A stretch of 64,000 nucleotides of DNA from Balanoglossus misakiensis (GCA_040954595.2 CM082586.2:11191337-11255336); one strand, 5' to 3'. Positions 27,601 through 40,676 are shown, counted from the first letter of the stretch. Notes: generated by a model from the letters alone, not told the origin. Program-made: numbers and translations.

Positions 27601-29429
27601 AATATGGTAACTCGGACCACCCATAGGAAGCTTCATACTAAATTTCGAAGGAGTCGGACTATCGCTTTCAGAAGTGAAGATTTTTTTTTACCAATAATGT
27701 GGAAAAAGACAAAAAAAATTAATAAACATTAGAAAATTCATAATATTAGCTCACAACATACAGGACTGTATGGGGTTCATTGACATACCAATCTGACCAG
27801 TGGTTGTCAAGTTTCTGACTTTTGACCAATTTCACATTTACACAGGTAATATTTTGGCAATGACAATTTCATTTGAACAAAATCCCATCTACAGCCCCGC
27901 CTGCATCTACACACTAAATATGGAAGTGATATGCCCAGCGGTTTTCATCCATTCACTCATACATACAAATGCAACTGATTCCATAAGGTCCCAATCGTAT
28001 ATATGTACATAAACCAAATGGGACCTAAAAATTGCTCCAAAATTATAAATACGCAATTTTTGGCAACAATTTAAACAAAACTATGGTTGGTAACTCAGAT
28101 CACCTATGAAGCTTCATAATAAATTTCAAACAAGTCAGCTGATCAATTCCAGAAAAGTAGGTTTTTACCGACAATGTGGAAAGAGACAAAAAAAATGCTT
28201 AAAAATAGAAAATTCACATTATTAGCTCACAACATGTAGAATTGTGAGAGGATACCATAAGGTACATGCATACCAATTATCAATTTTGAAAGCAATTTGC
28301 CCAGTAGTTGTTGAGTTCCCAAGTTTTGACGAATTTGACACTTTCCCAGCTAATTTGCATATTTTGGCAATGACAACTTCACTTAGACAAACTCCCATCT
28401 ACTGCCCTGTCTGCACATTAAATATCAAGGTGAAATGCCAGTAGTTTCCAAATGTTTGATGTTGATGGACATACAAACATCCATACATACAGGTGCAACT
28501 GATCCCGTAAGGTACCATGGTATAAATACATATACCAAATGGGACCTAATAATTCTGATAAAATGCGTACATACGTACATACATACAAGTCAGCAATAAG
28601 GAGACGGGATAGTGGGCTGGCACTGAGTGTCTATTTCTATTGCAAATTATAAACATGCAGCAAGTGTAAAAACCACATGTACCTTCAACGTCCTTGGACA
28701 ACACATTTTTGTAACTTTCCCAGATCAATGGCTAATATTACTTGCCAAAGGCGACTAGAATTTTGAGGGCCTGATGCAAGTCTGATACATGTACTTCATG
28801 ATTTAGAGATATGATGAAAATCCTGTCAACCGAATTACAGGGAAATCAGATTTTCCATGTAAAATCATATCACCCAAAAGTGTCAAAAATAATTTTGAAA
28901 CAAAAAGTCTACTCAAAATCATACCAAAATTTAAATGTTAATGCAGTACGTTAGGCAAGCAATTTGAGAATGAAGAAACTTACAAAATAATTTATAAATT
29001 GTAAATAATTTACAAATGCCGCACACAAACTTACAATTACTACCATATTACTGAACATGTTAAAAGGACATTGTACCAGCAGAGACATTGTGATCGAGCA
29101 ATCCCCAAGATATACATGACATGGTCTAATTACAAATTTTGAATATGTAAAATATGTACACAACACTTCCAGTCTTACAGTACAGTCAGCTGCTTGTGAA
29201 CAATAGTCATGTAGCTATTTCATCAAATTTACAGCCCAAGTCTTGCCTATACAATTCTCCCTACTTTAAACACGTTTTAAGCTACCCTAAATGAGTGATG
29301 AAAATCTCATACGGTCGATAATTTCAAGATGGCCGATTTTTGCCATGTTAAAGAAATGGGAGTTCATAAGCTAAAATGATGATGGGTCATTCTTGAACTT
29401 TTTAACAGAAAAAATAGCAAAAGTGAAAA

Positions 29430-31145
29430 AAAGTTTAATATGCTAACTACCGAGACAGAAATGTTTGACCGAAGGAAGTCATGAAATACAGTAAACATAT
29501 CATTTCTTCTATCTCTTACTACAGTTGGTTATGGACTTTCCGCCCAGAATGCAATGAGATTTGACACCTAGCGCAAAGTGAAAAACCTATTTAAGGCAGC
29601 CAGAATTTTCTGCATAGTATGACGGAAACATTTGTAAAGTCATGGCTAGCATGGGTTGGCAGGTTTATGGGACCCGCTCAGGTTCCCTCGAATAACACAT
29701 AATGCATGATTGGTGACTGATTATTGTTTATTTGTTGATTTTGTCACATTTTCAGAAAAATCCCTATCAATCAGTCATATTTGTTTGGCCTTGCTATACA
29801 GCGCAATATGAATCTTGTTGACTGAAATTGTTGAGGATAGTGGTACATAAAGGTTACCAATTGGAAAATATTAAAATGATTATTAGTGGTGTCCAACTCT
29901 TCATGATAACCAGTTGTGGCTTGCCACCACCATAATTTTAAAAGGGTGACTTCACTATTTGATGGGAAAAGGTAGCATTTACAAACAAGCTATGGAGCAT
30001 GTATACAGCAAGGTGTGCTTACCGGAAAGCGGTCTTGGATCAGGCCTAGGTATTCTCTTCCTCCTCCGGCATACGTTGAAATGCTGTGTTTAAGACTGTG
30101 AATCAAATATATGCAAATATTAATTAGTAACCAATCAACCTTGCTTTAGAATTATGTGGGCCATACAAATTAGTGAAAATATGCAAAACATGGTATAATA
30201 TAGGGTCAGAAAAAATTTCCAGCCTGTTTGTGTCATGATTTACATTTTTCTTTCTGGCCTAAAGTATTGTTTTATTTCACTCTAAACAACATTACTTTCC
30301 TTCATGCGTCTAATATAATAACAGATCTCTTAGCCAGTTTGATTAAGCATAGTTTTGGACTAGCACACGTTCAGCCAAAGTTAAAGTATCTCCCTGTGTA
30401 TTGATATGGGAGTAATTTTAGCTATATGGTTAAAGGGACAAAGTCTCTCTGTCGCTGTCCCTTTTCCATTAATTATGTTTGATACAAGACACTGTTTATG
30501 TCAATGTACATTTGGATATATAGTGAATAAATGATCAACCACACAAAACTTCCATCCCGCTTGTATGATATGAGAGTAAAAACTCGCCCAAAATGAATAA
30601 ATGGTAAAGAACGATTATTCATTTTGGCGAGTATTTTTACTCTCGTGTCTACAAGTGGGACGGAAGTTGTGTGTGGCTGAACGTTCATTCACTATATATC
30701 TACATGTAGAATAACAAACGGTGTCTTGTATCAAATATAATTAATGGAAAAAAGGGCAGCGAGAGAGAGACTTTGTCCCTTTAAGGAAATGCATCCACAT
30801 TTATTTTATGCTCCACGTGAAGATTTGAACTTGTGAGTTGTCCATCTAATTCATGACATCACGATCATATCACAAGCAATCGAGGCCAGAATTCGAAGGG
30901 GAAAAAACAGGTACATTGTATTGAAAGCTGGAATATGTAAATTAGTTCGTAGACATACATTTCTTCCTATTGTTTCGGTTGCAACACCCGATAAAAGCAA
31001 ATATAAAGCAAGTCATGCTTACCATTGAGCGGTCTTAAACTCGCCCCGGACAAGGAAGAGAATCCCGAGTTGAAACGCAGACAGTTTCAGGCAGCATCTG
31101 TGAATCAAATAGACATAGAAGTTAGTAACCAGTCATAGAAGCTCT
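29430..31145. repeat. Segmental duplication, copy 2
   Basis: Same sequence as 22915-24657, with an extra segment at about 29670-29895 and a Kolobok MITE at 30434-30780. Confidence 0.92.
30434..30780. mobile_element. Kolobok-like palindromic MITE (family K1)
   Basis: TTAA|AGGGACAAAGTCTCTCT...AGAGAGACTTTGTCCCT|TTAA. The empty site ggttaaggaaatgc is present in the paralogous copy at about 24311. Confidence 0.93.
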
Positions 31146-31300
31146 GCGTGGCAGGGCTGCGTGTTAACGGCTATACCATAGCTCCCACTGGTAGCTTATA
31201 ACAGTCTCAATGGTGCCAAAAATCTCCCCAACAACAAAACCAACCCTGGTCAGTTTATTCGCTATCGCTTTGCCTTAAAAGTTATACTGTAGTGTGTTAC

Positions 31301-31718
31301 CACAGGGGGCTCCTCCCTCCGCGATTTTATTGTTTGTTTGTTGTTGTTGATTGGCATAATAAACAAATACATATTTCATTATTAATAAATATGGTTTGTT
31401 GACATGTAAGTGTTAGGGTATATTCAACAGTTAGGGTTACTGTTGGCATTTTTTTCGATCCACGGCCCCGGGCATCACTAAGCCACAGGGGGTGGGGGGG
31501 GGGGGGGGTTTGGGGGGGGTGATGCCGGCCATGGATCGAAAAAATGCCAACACTAATTCTAACCGTTGAATATACCATAACCTGTCAAATATACCCTAAT
31601 AACCTAACCCTTACATGTCAACAAACCATATTTATTAATAAAGAAATATGTATTTGTTTATTATGCCAATCAACAACAACAAACAAACAATAAAATCGCC
31701 TAGGGAGAGCCCCCTGTG
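31301..31718. mobile_element. Foldback MITE, P/Galileo-like
   Basis: CACAGGGGGCTC...GAGCCCCCTGTG with inverted arms of about 175-200 bp around a G-rich core. 7-bp TSD GTGTTAC (31294-31300 and 31719-31725). Confidence 0.85.
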
Positions 31719-34285
31719 GTGTTACGGTACCACCTGCTCCACAATAACAAAGCTGACTCGAGCCAACGAACGACGTACAATTTACTCGCACGGTGTAATA
31801 TAACGCACAAATTCCATGCGACTGTGAGTTTACTGTTTGGTGCTGTAACGCTTCCCAAAGTCAGAATTTCGATGTTGGGGGGACCCTCTCGCCCTACCAC
31901 GACCAGTTTTTGCTAGAAGGAGTGTACATGTACTTGTAAAATAACATTAAATGCCATGCTTACCAGAGAAACGACATCATCAAGCATGGAGGCGACCGGG
32001 ACCTCCATGCTTGATGAACGTCAAAGCTGCAATGATTTTTCAAATGCAATGGTCAGCGGTACGAGAACGAGGCACCAGCTGTGCGTCAATTATGCAACTT
32101 ACTTACTACTCAATCAGAATCCTGCTTCAACATGACGTAACACTAATTAGTCAAAGAATGCAATGCAACGTATGTGTGCGGGTGGAGAATGCGCCTCACG
32201 TCAATGCAGACACACCAGACACACACACTGAAATGCAAATTGAGGAATTATGTCACGGTGTTCTTTGGAAGTGCGAATGAATAAAATATTTCGTTTTCTT
32301 CAGTGTTTTTGTACTACAAAAAAAATTGCTAAAAAACGACTAGCAAGCGCTTATGCAATGAAATACAAATAAATATAATTATCGCCAATTGGAAATGGAA
32401 CGTCAATCCGCATTTGTCAAAAAATAACAGAAAAGACAAAGGAGCTGAGACGTCCTAAAATAAAAGGAATGACCTCTCTGTTCTGACCTGTATGAGGAAG
32501 CCCTATTGTAATACGCAATATGTCGGATCATGCTACCATCCGCCATTCTGATTGGACGAGAGATCAATCCATCGATACGAAAGTACTCAATAGAGCACTG
32601 CTAAAACTGGCCCCTGAACTAATAGCATGCAACAGGGAAAACTTGACTAAATAAAAAAAAATATAGCTGATAAATTTACGGACGGCCGGTTTATTTTTTA
32701 ACTGCTCTATTGGAACTGTTGTCACTGTCATGCACGATGCATGTCTTGTCATTGCGCACTCGTGTTAACATTCATCAGAGCGCCTTTCGATCAATTCGTA
32801 ACGTTTACATTAGACTCGAGTTCATTTTCGTTATGAAAATGACATTGATATACACAAAGTCGATTACTGATATAAAATAATAGCAATAACCCTAACCATA
32901 GATTAGGCTATAGCATTCCGGTAATTTTTTCAATATCACTCAGGAAGGATTCTATAACATTCTGTTTTGTATCGGGATGTATAATTTAATATCCATACTA
33001 CAAAACAAATATCAGCGGTAACTCAGAAAATATTGTTGAAAATTTGTTCTCTGTAGGCCTAACCATGGTAAGATAATGCAATGCCGGTAAGTATTTTGGA
33101 AGTCAAGGTTGCATTGTATTGTCTGGTGTTCAAATAATCACAAACATCCCGGAAGACTAAATTCTTTCTGTCAAAACCACTTCTGCAACGACAAGATTTT
33201 TCAGGGCAGGCAAAACCATGGCATGAAGACGATATGAAGTCGATGAGTTAATGTTATGTTGAACCCGGCCACTTTACGTATCTTAACTATTCACACATTG
33301 ACCATTCTATAATTCTCTCCCTTTTGATGTCTTCTTTGTGGTTTGTTTGTAAAAATGTTGCCTGTGTTGAAACTTGACTACTTGTCACTTTTGCCTACCA
33401 AGAATAATATGACCAAAAGGGGTGGCATGAAATTCTAGACTGTAACAAAACTCGATTTCATGACCCAAAGTTTGATTTTATGTGTTTTTGGTTTGGACGT
33501 GGCAAAGACATGTAAATTCCGACCACCTATACACCATCCATACATGTATGAATCGACATCATTTATTGCACGAGAGACTTCAAGCAAGCATTCCATCATC
33601 GCAAAAGGACAAAGAGAGAGCGACTTTGTCTCTTTAAAGTAATTTAGCAAGTTCAAAGTGAATGCCCACATGAAAACCTTTACTCAGCAATTTTTTTTGT
33701 AATTAATAAAACTAGGTTTGGTATGTTTTTGCGCTTGTTTTATTTTCCTTTTGTCTATAAATAGTCGTATATTTTAAAACAGCTAAAATGAGTCAAATGG
33801 GGCATTTTTCCATCCCACCTCATCCTAGCTAAGAGCTTCAGTGCCGGTCACCTCCACAAAATTAATTTACCACGAACAAATTGAAATACAGCCAATCGGA
33901 AAAAGTGCGCCACCACATGGTCATTTGAAGACTTTTATGCTCTCTTCTGGCCGTAAACGCATGTGATCTGGAATAAATCGAACATCGATCGTGTTTTATT
34001 TATTTTCACCACCAGCGAAAATCTACGACGGCCCAACCGCAGATTATTGCTGCTCCATACAACAACCGGCTTAAACTGTTCTGTGCATGTGTTTTGTGTT
34101 CTGGTGGCGTTTGCGGGTCTGAGACGTCATTTGTAGAAGGCCCTATTCGTTTTCTACCAATAACTTTTACCAACCATGCTAGAACTATTTCGTTTTCTTT
34201 GACGACGCTTGACACTTTTCTTGCTTTGTTGTTAGTACATGTAGTTTGTTTGTTCGTTACGTCTGTTACTGGGGTTCTTCACTTG

Positions 34286-37200
34286 TAGTCTGGTTACACT
34301 ATGAGATAGGTGCCGTTAATCAGAATTTTTGGTAAGGAAGGTTTGAGAAGTCCATTCTATGTAAAAAATGGTGCTCATTCCAAAAAAGTCAGTCTTATTA
34401 ACCCCACTCAAGACAAAATTGCCATTTTGGCCATTTTTAACCCCAAAATGGTCTTTTTTAGAAAACACTAAAAACACATTGTTTTCGTCACATTCTGAGA
34501 TCTGATAACATATGATATGCTTATTCTATGTAAAATATGGTGAATATTACGAAAAAAGTAGTTCGATTGACCCAAAACAACAGAAAATTGCCTTTTTGAC
34601 CAATTTTTGCCCCAAAAACGTCATTTTTAGAAAAAAAATAAAACACACGGTTTTCTTCATAATGATTGATCTGGTGATATATGGAAAGTCAATTCTATGT
34701 TAAAAGTGGTGACTTTAAAAAATAAAGCAGTCTTTTTGACCTCAATCAATACAAAAATGCCATTTTTGGCCACTTTTTGTGGTCAAAAAAGGTCATTTTT
34801 ACAAAAAAACTAAAAATAAATTGTGTTTATCATATTCAGAGATCATTGGATATATGAAATGTCCATTCTATGTAAAAAATGGTGCTGATTCCAGAAATAG
34901 CAGTCTTATTGACCCTACTCAAGAAAAAATGCCATTTTTGCCACTTTTTGCCCCAAAACGTCATTTTCAGAAAACACACAAAATTTATATATTTTCTTCA
35001 CTTTCGGAGATCTGATAATGTATTATATGCCCACCCTATGTAAAATCTGGTGATTATTCGAAAAAAGCAGATTTATTGACCCAACCTAATGCAAAAATGC
35101 CCTTTTGGAAAGTTTTTGCCCAAAAAGGCCATTTTTAGAAAAAAATTTAAAAACAAACTTTTCTTCATAAAGCTCAGAGATCATGTGATATATGAAATGT
35201 TCATCCTATGTAAAAAATGGTGCTGATTCCAGAAATAGCAGTCTTATTGATCCTACTCAAGAAAAAATGCCATTTTGCCACTTTTTGCCCCCAAAACGTC
35301 ATTTTCAGAAAACACTCAAAATTTATATATTTTCTTCACTTTCGGAGATCTGATAATGAATTATATGCCCACTGTATGTGAAAAATTTCCAAAAAAGCAG
35401 TTTTATTGATGCCACTCAAGATAAAAGTGCCTTTTTGGCAAGTTTTTGCCCAAAAAGTGTCATTTCTAGAAAATACGAAAATTATGCCATTTTCTTCCCA
35501 TTGGTGATCAAATGATAAATAAAAGTACTAAAAAACCCACTCTTACTGACCCCACTGAGGGAAAAAAATATCATTTTGGCCTCTTTGCTCAAAAAGGTAA
35601 CTGTTAGAAAAAATAAATACAAACTTATTCCTTAATATTCAGAGCCCTTGTGATGTATGTAAATTCGTTTTTTTGTGTGTGTGTGTGCAAAAAATATGCT
35701 GATACCAGCACAACGGTCTTATTGAGACACCCCGCTCAGTACAAAATTGCCATTTAGCGATCTTTTGGTCAACAATAGGCATTTTCAGAAAACAAATATA
35801 ATTGATGTTTTTGCCTTTTGTGTTCTGATGTTGTATATGCATATTTAAAACGCCATAACCATATAATGTCAATTAAATTGATGATATTGAAAGACAGGGT
35901 TGCCACAATTTGGCAAATTTAGCCCAAAACTGAACTTAACAATAAGATGATCCATGTATACGCACTGTCTACTATAAGTCGATTATGCGTGGTGTGGAAT
36001 ATTTAGGTTCAGATATGCCAGCTCGGGAGAGAGTGTTGAAATTTATTCTCTTCAATCTGAATACAAAATCAGAAATTATATTATAATTTATATCATACTG
36101 ATTGGACAGGAGTGCAACGATGCTAGAATACTCAATAGAGCACTGCTAAAACTGGCCCCTGAACTAGCACGCAGCAGGGAAAATGTGGGTTTAAACTAAA
36201 TAAACATAAAACCCTTGACGTTTTAATTTGGAACTGCTGTATGGGAATATTTGGGCAATGTGCAATGCCTTTCTTTTGTCATCTGTATCATGTTTAGAGC
36301 TTGGTCCCGGGCGGCGTGTTTACATTCATTGACGCGAGTTTTGTTCCATTCGTAACTTCTTTTCCTCTCGACGCTGTTTCATCATCATTATGAGTTCAAC
36401 TTGGGCTAATTTTGCAAAAAACTCCAAATACAAACATTTTTTCGGTACAAAATGGCTAAAATGATAATTTTTTCTTGAGTAGATCTATTTTTGGCTACAA
36501 ATAGCAAAAAAGGCAATTTTGACAACCAGAGTGCCGTTTTTGGAATAGTCACCAAATTTTACACAGAATGGACTTTTCATACATGATCAGATCTCTGAAT
36601 ATGGAGAAAACAATTTGTCTTTAGTTTGTTTGTTTTTAATGAACATTTTTGACCAAAAAAGTGGCCGAAATTACAAATTTCAATTGAATAGGGTAAGTAA
36701 GACTTCCGTTTTTGGAACAGTAACCACGTTTCAATATAGAATGGGCTTTTATTTATAATAAGATCACCGAAAGTGAAGAAAAGAGAATGCGTATTAATAT
36801 ATTCTTAAAAATAACAATTTTGTGCAAAACTTAGCCAAAAAGGTGATTTCATCATGGTTGAGGTCATTAAGACTGCATTTCTGGAATCAACACCTATTTT
36901 ACAATAAATGTACTTTTCACACATCATAGAATCTCCAAATAAGAATCAAACAGTTTGTTTATAATGATTTTCGAAAAGTGGCTTTTTGGGCAAAAACTTG
37001 TCAAAAAAGCACTGTTTTCTTGAGTGGCGCTAGTAATTTTTTTTTGAATTTTTTCACATAGAGTGGGTACATAATACATCATCATCTCCGAAAGTGAAGA
37101 AAATATAAAAGTTTTGGGTGTTTTCTAGAAATGACACTTTTTGGGCAAAAACTTGCCAAAGGGCACTTTTATCTTGGGTGGCATCAATAAAACTGCTTTT

Positions 37201-38366
37201 TTGGAAATTTTTCACATAAAGTGGGCATATAATACATTATCAGATCTCCGAAAGTGAAGAAAATATATAAATTTTGAGTGTTTTCTGAAAATGACGTTTT
37301 TGGGGCAAAAAGTGGCAAAAATGGCATTTTTTCTTGAGTAGGATCAATAAGACTGCTATTTCTGGAATTAGCACCATTTTTTACATAGGTTGAACACTTC
37401 ATATATCACATGATCTCTGAGCTTTATGAAGAAAAGTTTGTTTTTAATTTTTTTTTTCTAAAAACGGCCTTTTTGGGTAATAACTTTCCAAAAGGGCATT
37501 TTTGCATTAGGTTGGGTCAATAAATCTGCTTTTTTGGAATAATCACCAAGTTTTACATAGGATGGGCATATAAGTGAAGAAAATATATAAATTTTGAGTG
37601 TTTTCTAAAAATGACGTTTTGGGGCAAAAAGTGGCAAAAATGGCATTTTTTTTCTTGAGTAGGGTCAATAAGACTGCTATTTCTGAAATCAGCACCGTTT
37701 TTTACATAGAATGGACACTTCATATATCCAATGATCTCTGAATATGAAAAACACAATTTATTTTTAGTTTTTTTTGTAAAAATGACCTTTTTTGACCTCA
37801 AAAAGTGGCCAAAAATGGCATTTTTGTATTGATTGAGGTCAAAAAGACTGCTTTTTTTTTTAAAGTCACCACTTTTAACATAGAATTGACTTTCCATATA
37901 TCACCAGATCAACTATTATGAAGAAAACCGTGTTTTTTAATTTTTTTCTAAAAATGACGTTTTTTTGGCAAAAAATGGTCAAAAAGGCAATTTTCTGTTG
38001 TATTGGGTCAATCGAACTATTTTTTTCGTAATATTCACCAAATTTTACATAGAATAGGCATATCATATGTCATCAGATCTTAGAATGTGACGAAAACAGT
38101 GTGTTTTTAGTGTTTTCTAAAAAAACACCATTTTTGGGTTAAAAATGGCCAAAATGGCAATTTTGTCTTGAGTGGGGTCAATAAGACTGACATTTTTGGA
38201 ATCAGCACCATTTTTTACATAGAATGGACCTCTCAAACCTTCCTTACCAAAAATTCTGATTAACGGCATCTAGCTCCTGGACTAGGTCCCCTGCCCCATT
38301 CCCACTGCCATCGGCGCTACGCTCAAGGGCGCAGCCAGCGGTGGGAATGGGGCAGGGAACAGACTA
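34286..38366. mobile_element. AcademH-like 88-bp MITE, interrupted by a nested element
   Basis: Termini TAGTCTG...CAGACTA with a perfect 9-bp TSD CTTCACTTG (34277-34285 and 38367-38375). Removing 34295-38287 restores an 88-bp palindromic element. Confidence 0.8.
34295..38284. mobile_element. About 4-kb foldback DNA transposon (Academ-like, non-autonomous)
   Basis: Highly similar inverted arms of about 1.2 kb (34295-35480 vs 37120-38284) built from degenerate subrepeats of about 120 bp. TA...TA termini, 3-bp TSD GGT, no transposase ORF. Confidence 0.85.
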
Positions 38367-38470
38367 CTTCACTTGTGGAATAAAGTGCTCATTTCTTGTG
38401 TATCTGCATTTTGTCGATGTTATCGCTCCTCTGGCAGAGAAGCCAGGGTGCTAGCTGTTGGCTTTAATAA

Positions 38471-38724
38471 GGGACTGTTCAGAATTTACTTCCAGGGGGC
38501 GGAGAATTTTCAGAGGGGGGGGGGGACCACCCATTTTCTCCAAGACAAATTAGGGGAGACTAGACATAAAAGTCACAATAGGGGGACCATGGAAAATCCC
38601 CAGGAAATTTAAGGGGGGACCACATATTTCCTCCACAATTTACTAGGGGAGACCATGGGAAAAAATCACCAGGAAAATAAAAAATCCTCCATCCCCAACT
38701 TGGAAGTAAATTCTGAACAGTCCT
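38471..38724. mobile_element. PIF/Harbinger-like MITE
   Basis: TIR GGGACTGTTCAGAATTTACTTCCA / TGGAAGTAAATTCTGAACAGTCCT. Flanks are TAA and TCA, an imperfect 3-bp TSD. Confidence 0.75.
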
Positions 38725-40485
38725 TCATGGTTGTTTGTTTGTTTGTTTGCCTGTTTGTTTATTCGTATCTTTGTTTGTTTGTGTATTCTATCTCATTTAA
38801 TATGATGCTTCTGTCACATTTGGCATTTACTGTCGCATAAACAATGACCGAACCGACTCGACTGCGTTTGGATGCACGATGGACTTAAGAGTGAATCCAT
38901 CGGTGTTTACCGGCCAAAACAAAACCGTTTGATTTCTTTAACACTGTTGCAACAAGTGAGACCCTAGTACATGTAGTATATAAATCAGAAGTCCGGTGCA
39001 TGTTTGCCAGTGACACCTACCACAAAATGGTATCGCCCAAATAATGTTGGGCGCGCCCGTGGAAGTTATAAGCCCGGCGCTTTTTCCTCATGATTAATAA
39101 AACAGTTAACACAACATTGGAAATTCAGCCAATTTGTCCCTGTTTTGTAGAAATAGTGCGAGCTATACATGGCGAAAAGTTTTTCAAAAAATAGATCAAA
39201 ATGGGAATTCAAATTAGTGAATATTATTGGCACTTACAGAGTTTTAATTCAAAATAGAGGATTCATTCCAATGAATATGCAAGTCAAGAAGTCACATAGG
39301 GATCATGACAATGACCTATTGATCATGTCATGATGATTATGTACAAGAGAGAAGTAAAAAACTGGTTATTGCTTGAATTTCATGTTTCTTTTTAATCAGA
39401 TGTAGTCAACAGTCTTTCAACAAGTCTATAACATGATTTTGAAATGATTTTCAAAAGTACACAATTCCATACGAAAATGTTACTTTAAGATTTGTAAATT
39501 TTTCTGTATATTTGAGTTCACGTGCATAGGCTGACTCAAACATTCTTTGCATCAACATTTACCGTCCTTTCAAAAATCTTGCCTGTAGTCCAGGTTTTAC
39601 ATTTGCACTTAATAGCATTATAACACCATCATGTCATCCACATGTTACCCTCACAGCCAGTCACTGTGTGTATATTGTGATTCATGAAGTACATGTAGTG
39701 CTACATATTTTTTGTGGAGATGAGACACACACACACATAGCAACCGATAGACAGACTGCTTGATAATATGCTCTGACTGATCCCTAAAGCTGAAACTTGT
39801 ATGTGTTTGTACATACAACACAAAGGAACTAAAAATAGGGCATTCACATAGGGACCATTGAAAGTTTTCTGAAACATCTCAACTCAAACATTGACATAAA
39901 AAATACTTTGTGAACAATTAAAGTCTTCCTGGAACGTTTCAGATTTGAGACGGTTTTGCCAGCCAGACCTGATCCGGTGTAATGATTAACACCTCTTCGC
40001 AACCCATTGTCTATGGGGCCGAGCCTCGCAGTGCCTATACATAAACTTTGTGTGTGTGGACACAAACGACTCAAAGGATTAATGCTCTGTGTTTACCATA
40101 GGCAAATAGTGTCTCAAATTTTTCCCTGCCTGAACCTGGTATCTGAAATGTTTCTCATTTTACCCAGTGTAAACATGGTGAAAGACAAAATGTCCTATAC
40201 CTGTATAACATAGATCATAAATTTATAATACCAGGGTTTACTTGGTCTGATTGAAGCTCTGTAATTGGTTGAAGCAAGGGTTTTTATTACATATGTACCG
40301 TCGATTACTTGCACCGAGCGCGCGCGTAACATCGGTATTTGCACTCAGTGCAATACCAAAAACATTATGCTATACCTGTATGCAAATGAGTGGCCTGTTC
40401 ACGAAACAAGCAATATCATTCCGCGGTCTCATTTCTTTCATTTTCGGTCTTTTTTTCAAAATGGGATGAACATATGTAATAAAAA

Positions 40486-40676
40486 CAGAACCCCATGGCT
40501 CAATCGTGCAAGCACGGCGTACCGGTAGTATTTGCACTCGTGCTGGCGGTGTATTCTTGCTGCCCCCCGCACGAGCGACAGCGAGTGCGGGGGACGGGCG
40601 CAAGAATACACCGCCAGACACTCGATGCAAATACTACCGTTACGCCGTGCTTGCACGATCGAGCCATGGGGTTCTG
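40486..40676. mobile_element. Palindromic MITE
   Basis: CAGAACCCCATGGCTCAATCGTGCAAGCACGGCG... inverted against ...CGCCGTGCTTGCACGATCGAGCCATGGGGTTCTG. The TSD is not clean. Confidence 0.8.

Larger units (their letters stand above)
15720..28550 (+). mobile_element. Cluster of fragmented Helentron-associated (HINE/DINE-like) interspersed repeats
   Basis: Recurrent modules (aaatttcaaagcaat, tacaggactgtatg..gacataaggtacttgcatacc) end in an (acat/acag)n microsatellite, then a stem-loop (aggtcccat..atgggacct or agctcac..gtgagct), then an A-run, at about 20620, 22650, 27175, 27985 and 28510. Other sequence is interleaved, so the span is approximate. Confidence 0.6.
23006..32107 (-). other. Putative spliced micro-exon transcript (small protein or lncRNA)
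   Basis: AG/GTAAG-bounded segments on the minus strand: donor after 32107; 31964-32026; A 31023-31097 and 24537-24611; B 30023-30095 and 23287-23359; C 29520-29586 and 23006-23072. A+B splice in frame to CCLKLSAFQLGILFLVWGEFKTAQCLKHSISTYAGGGREYLGLIQDRFP. Confidence 0.5.

Noticed and set aside
34512-38066. Mirror-image ORFs on opposite strands
   Set aside because: They arise from the foldback arms and contain no transposase motifs.
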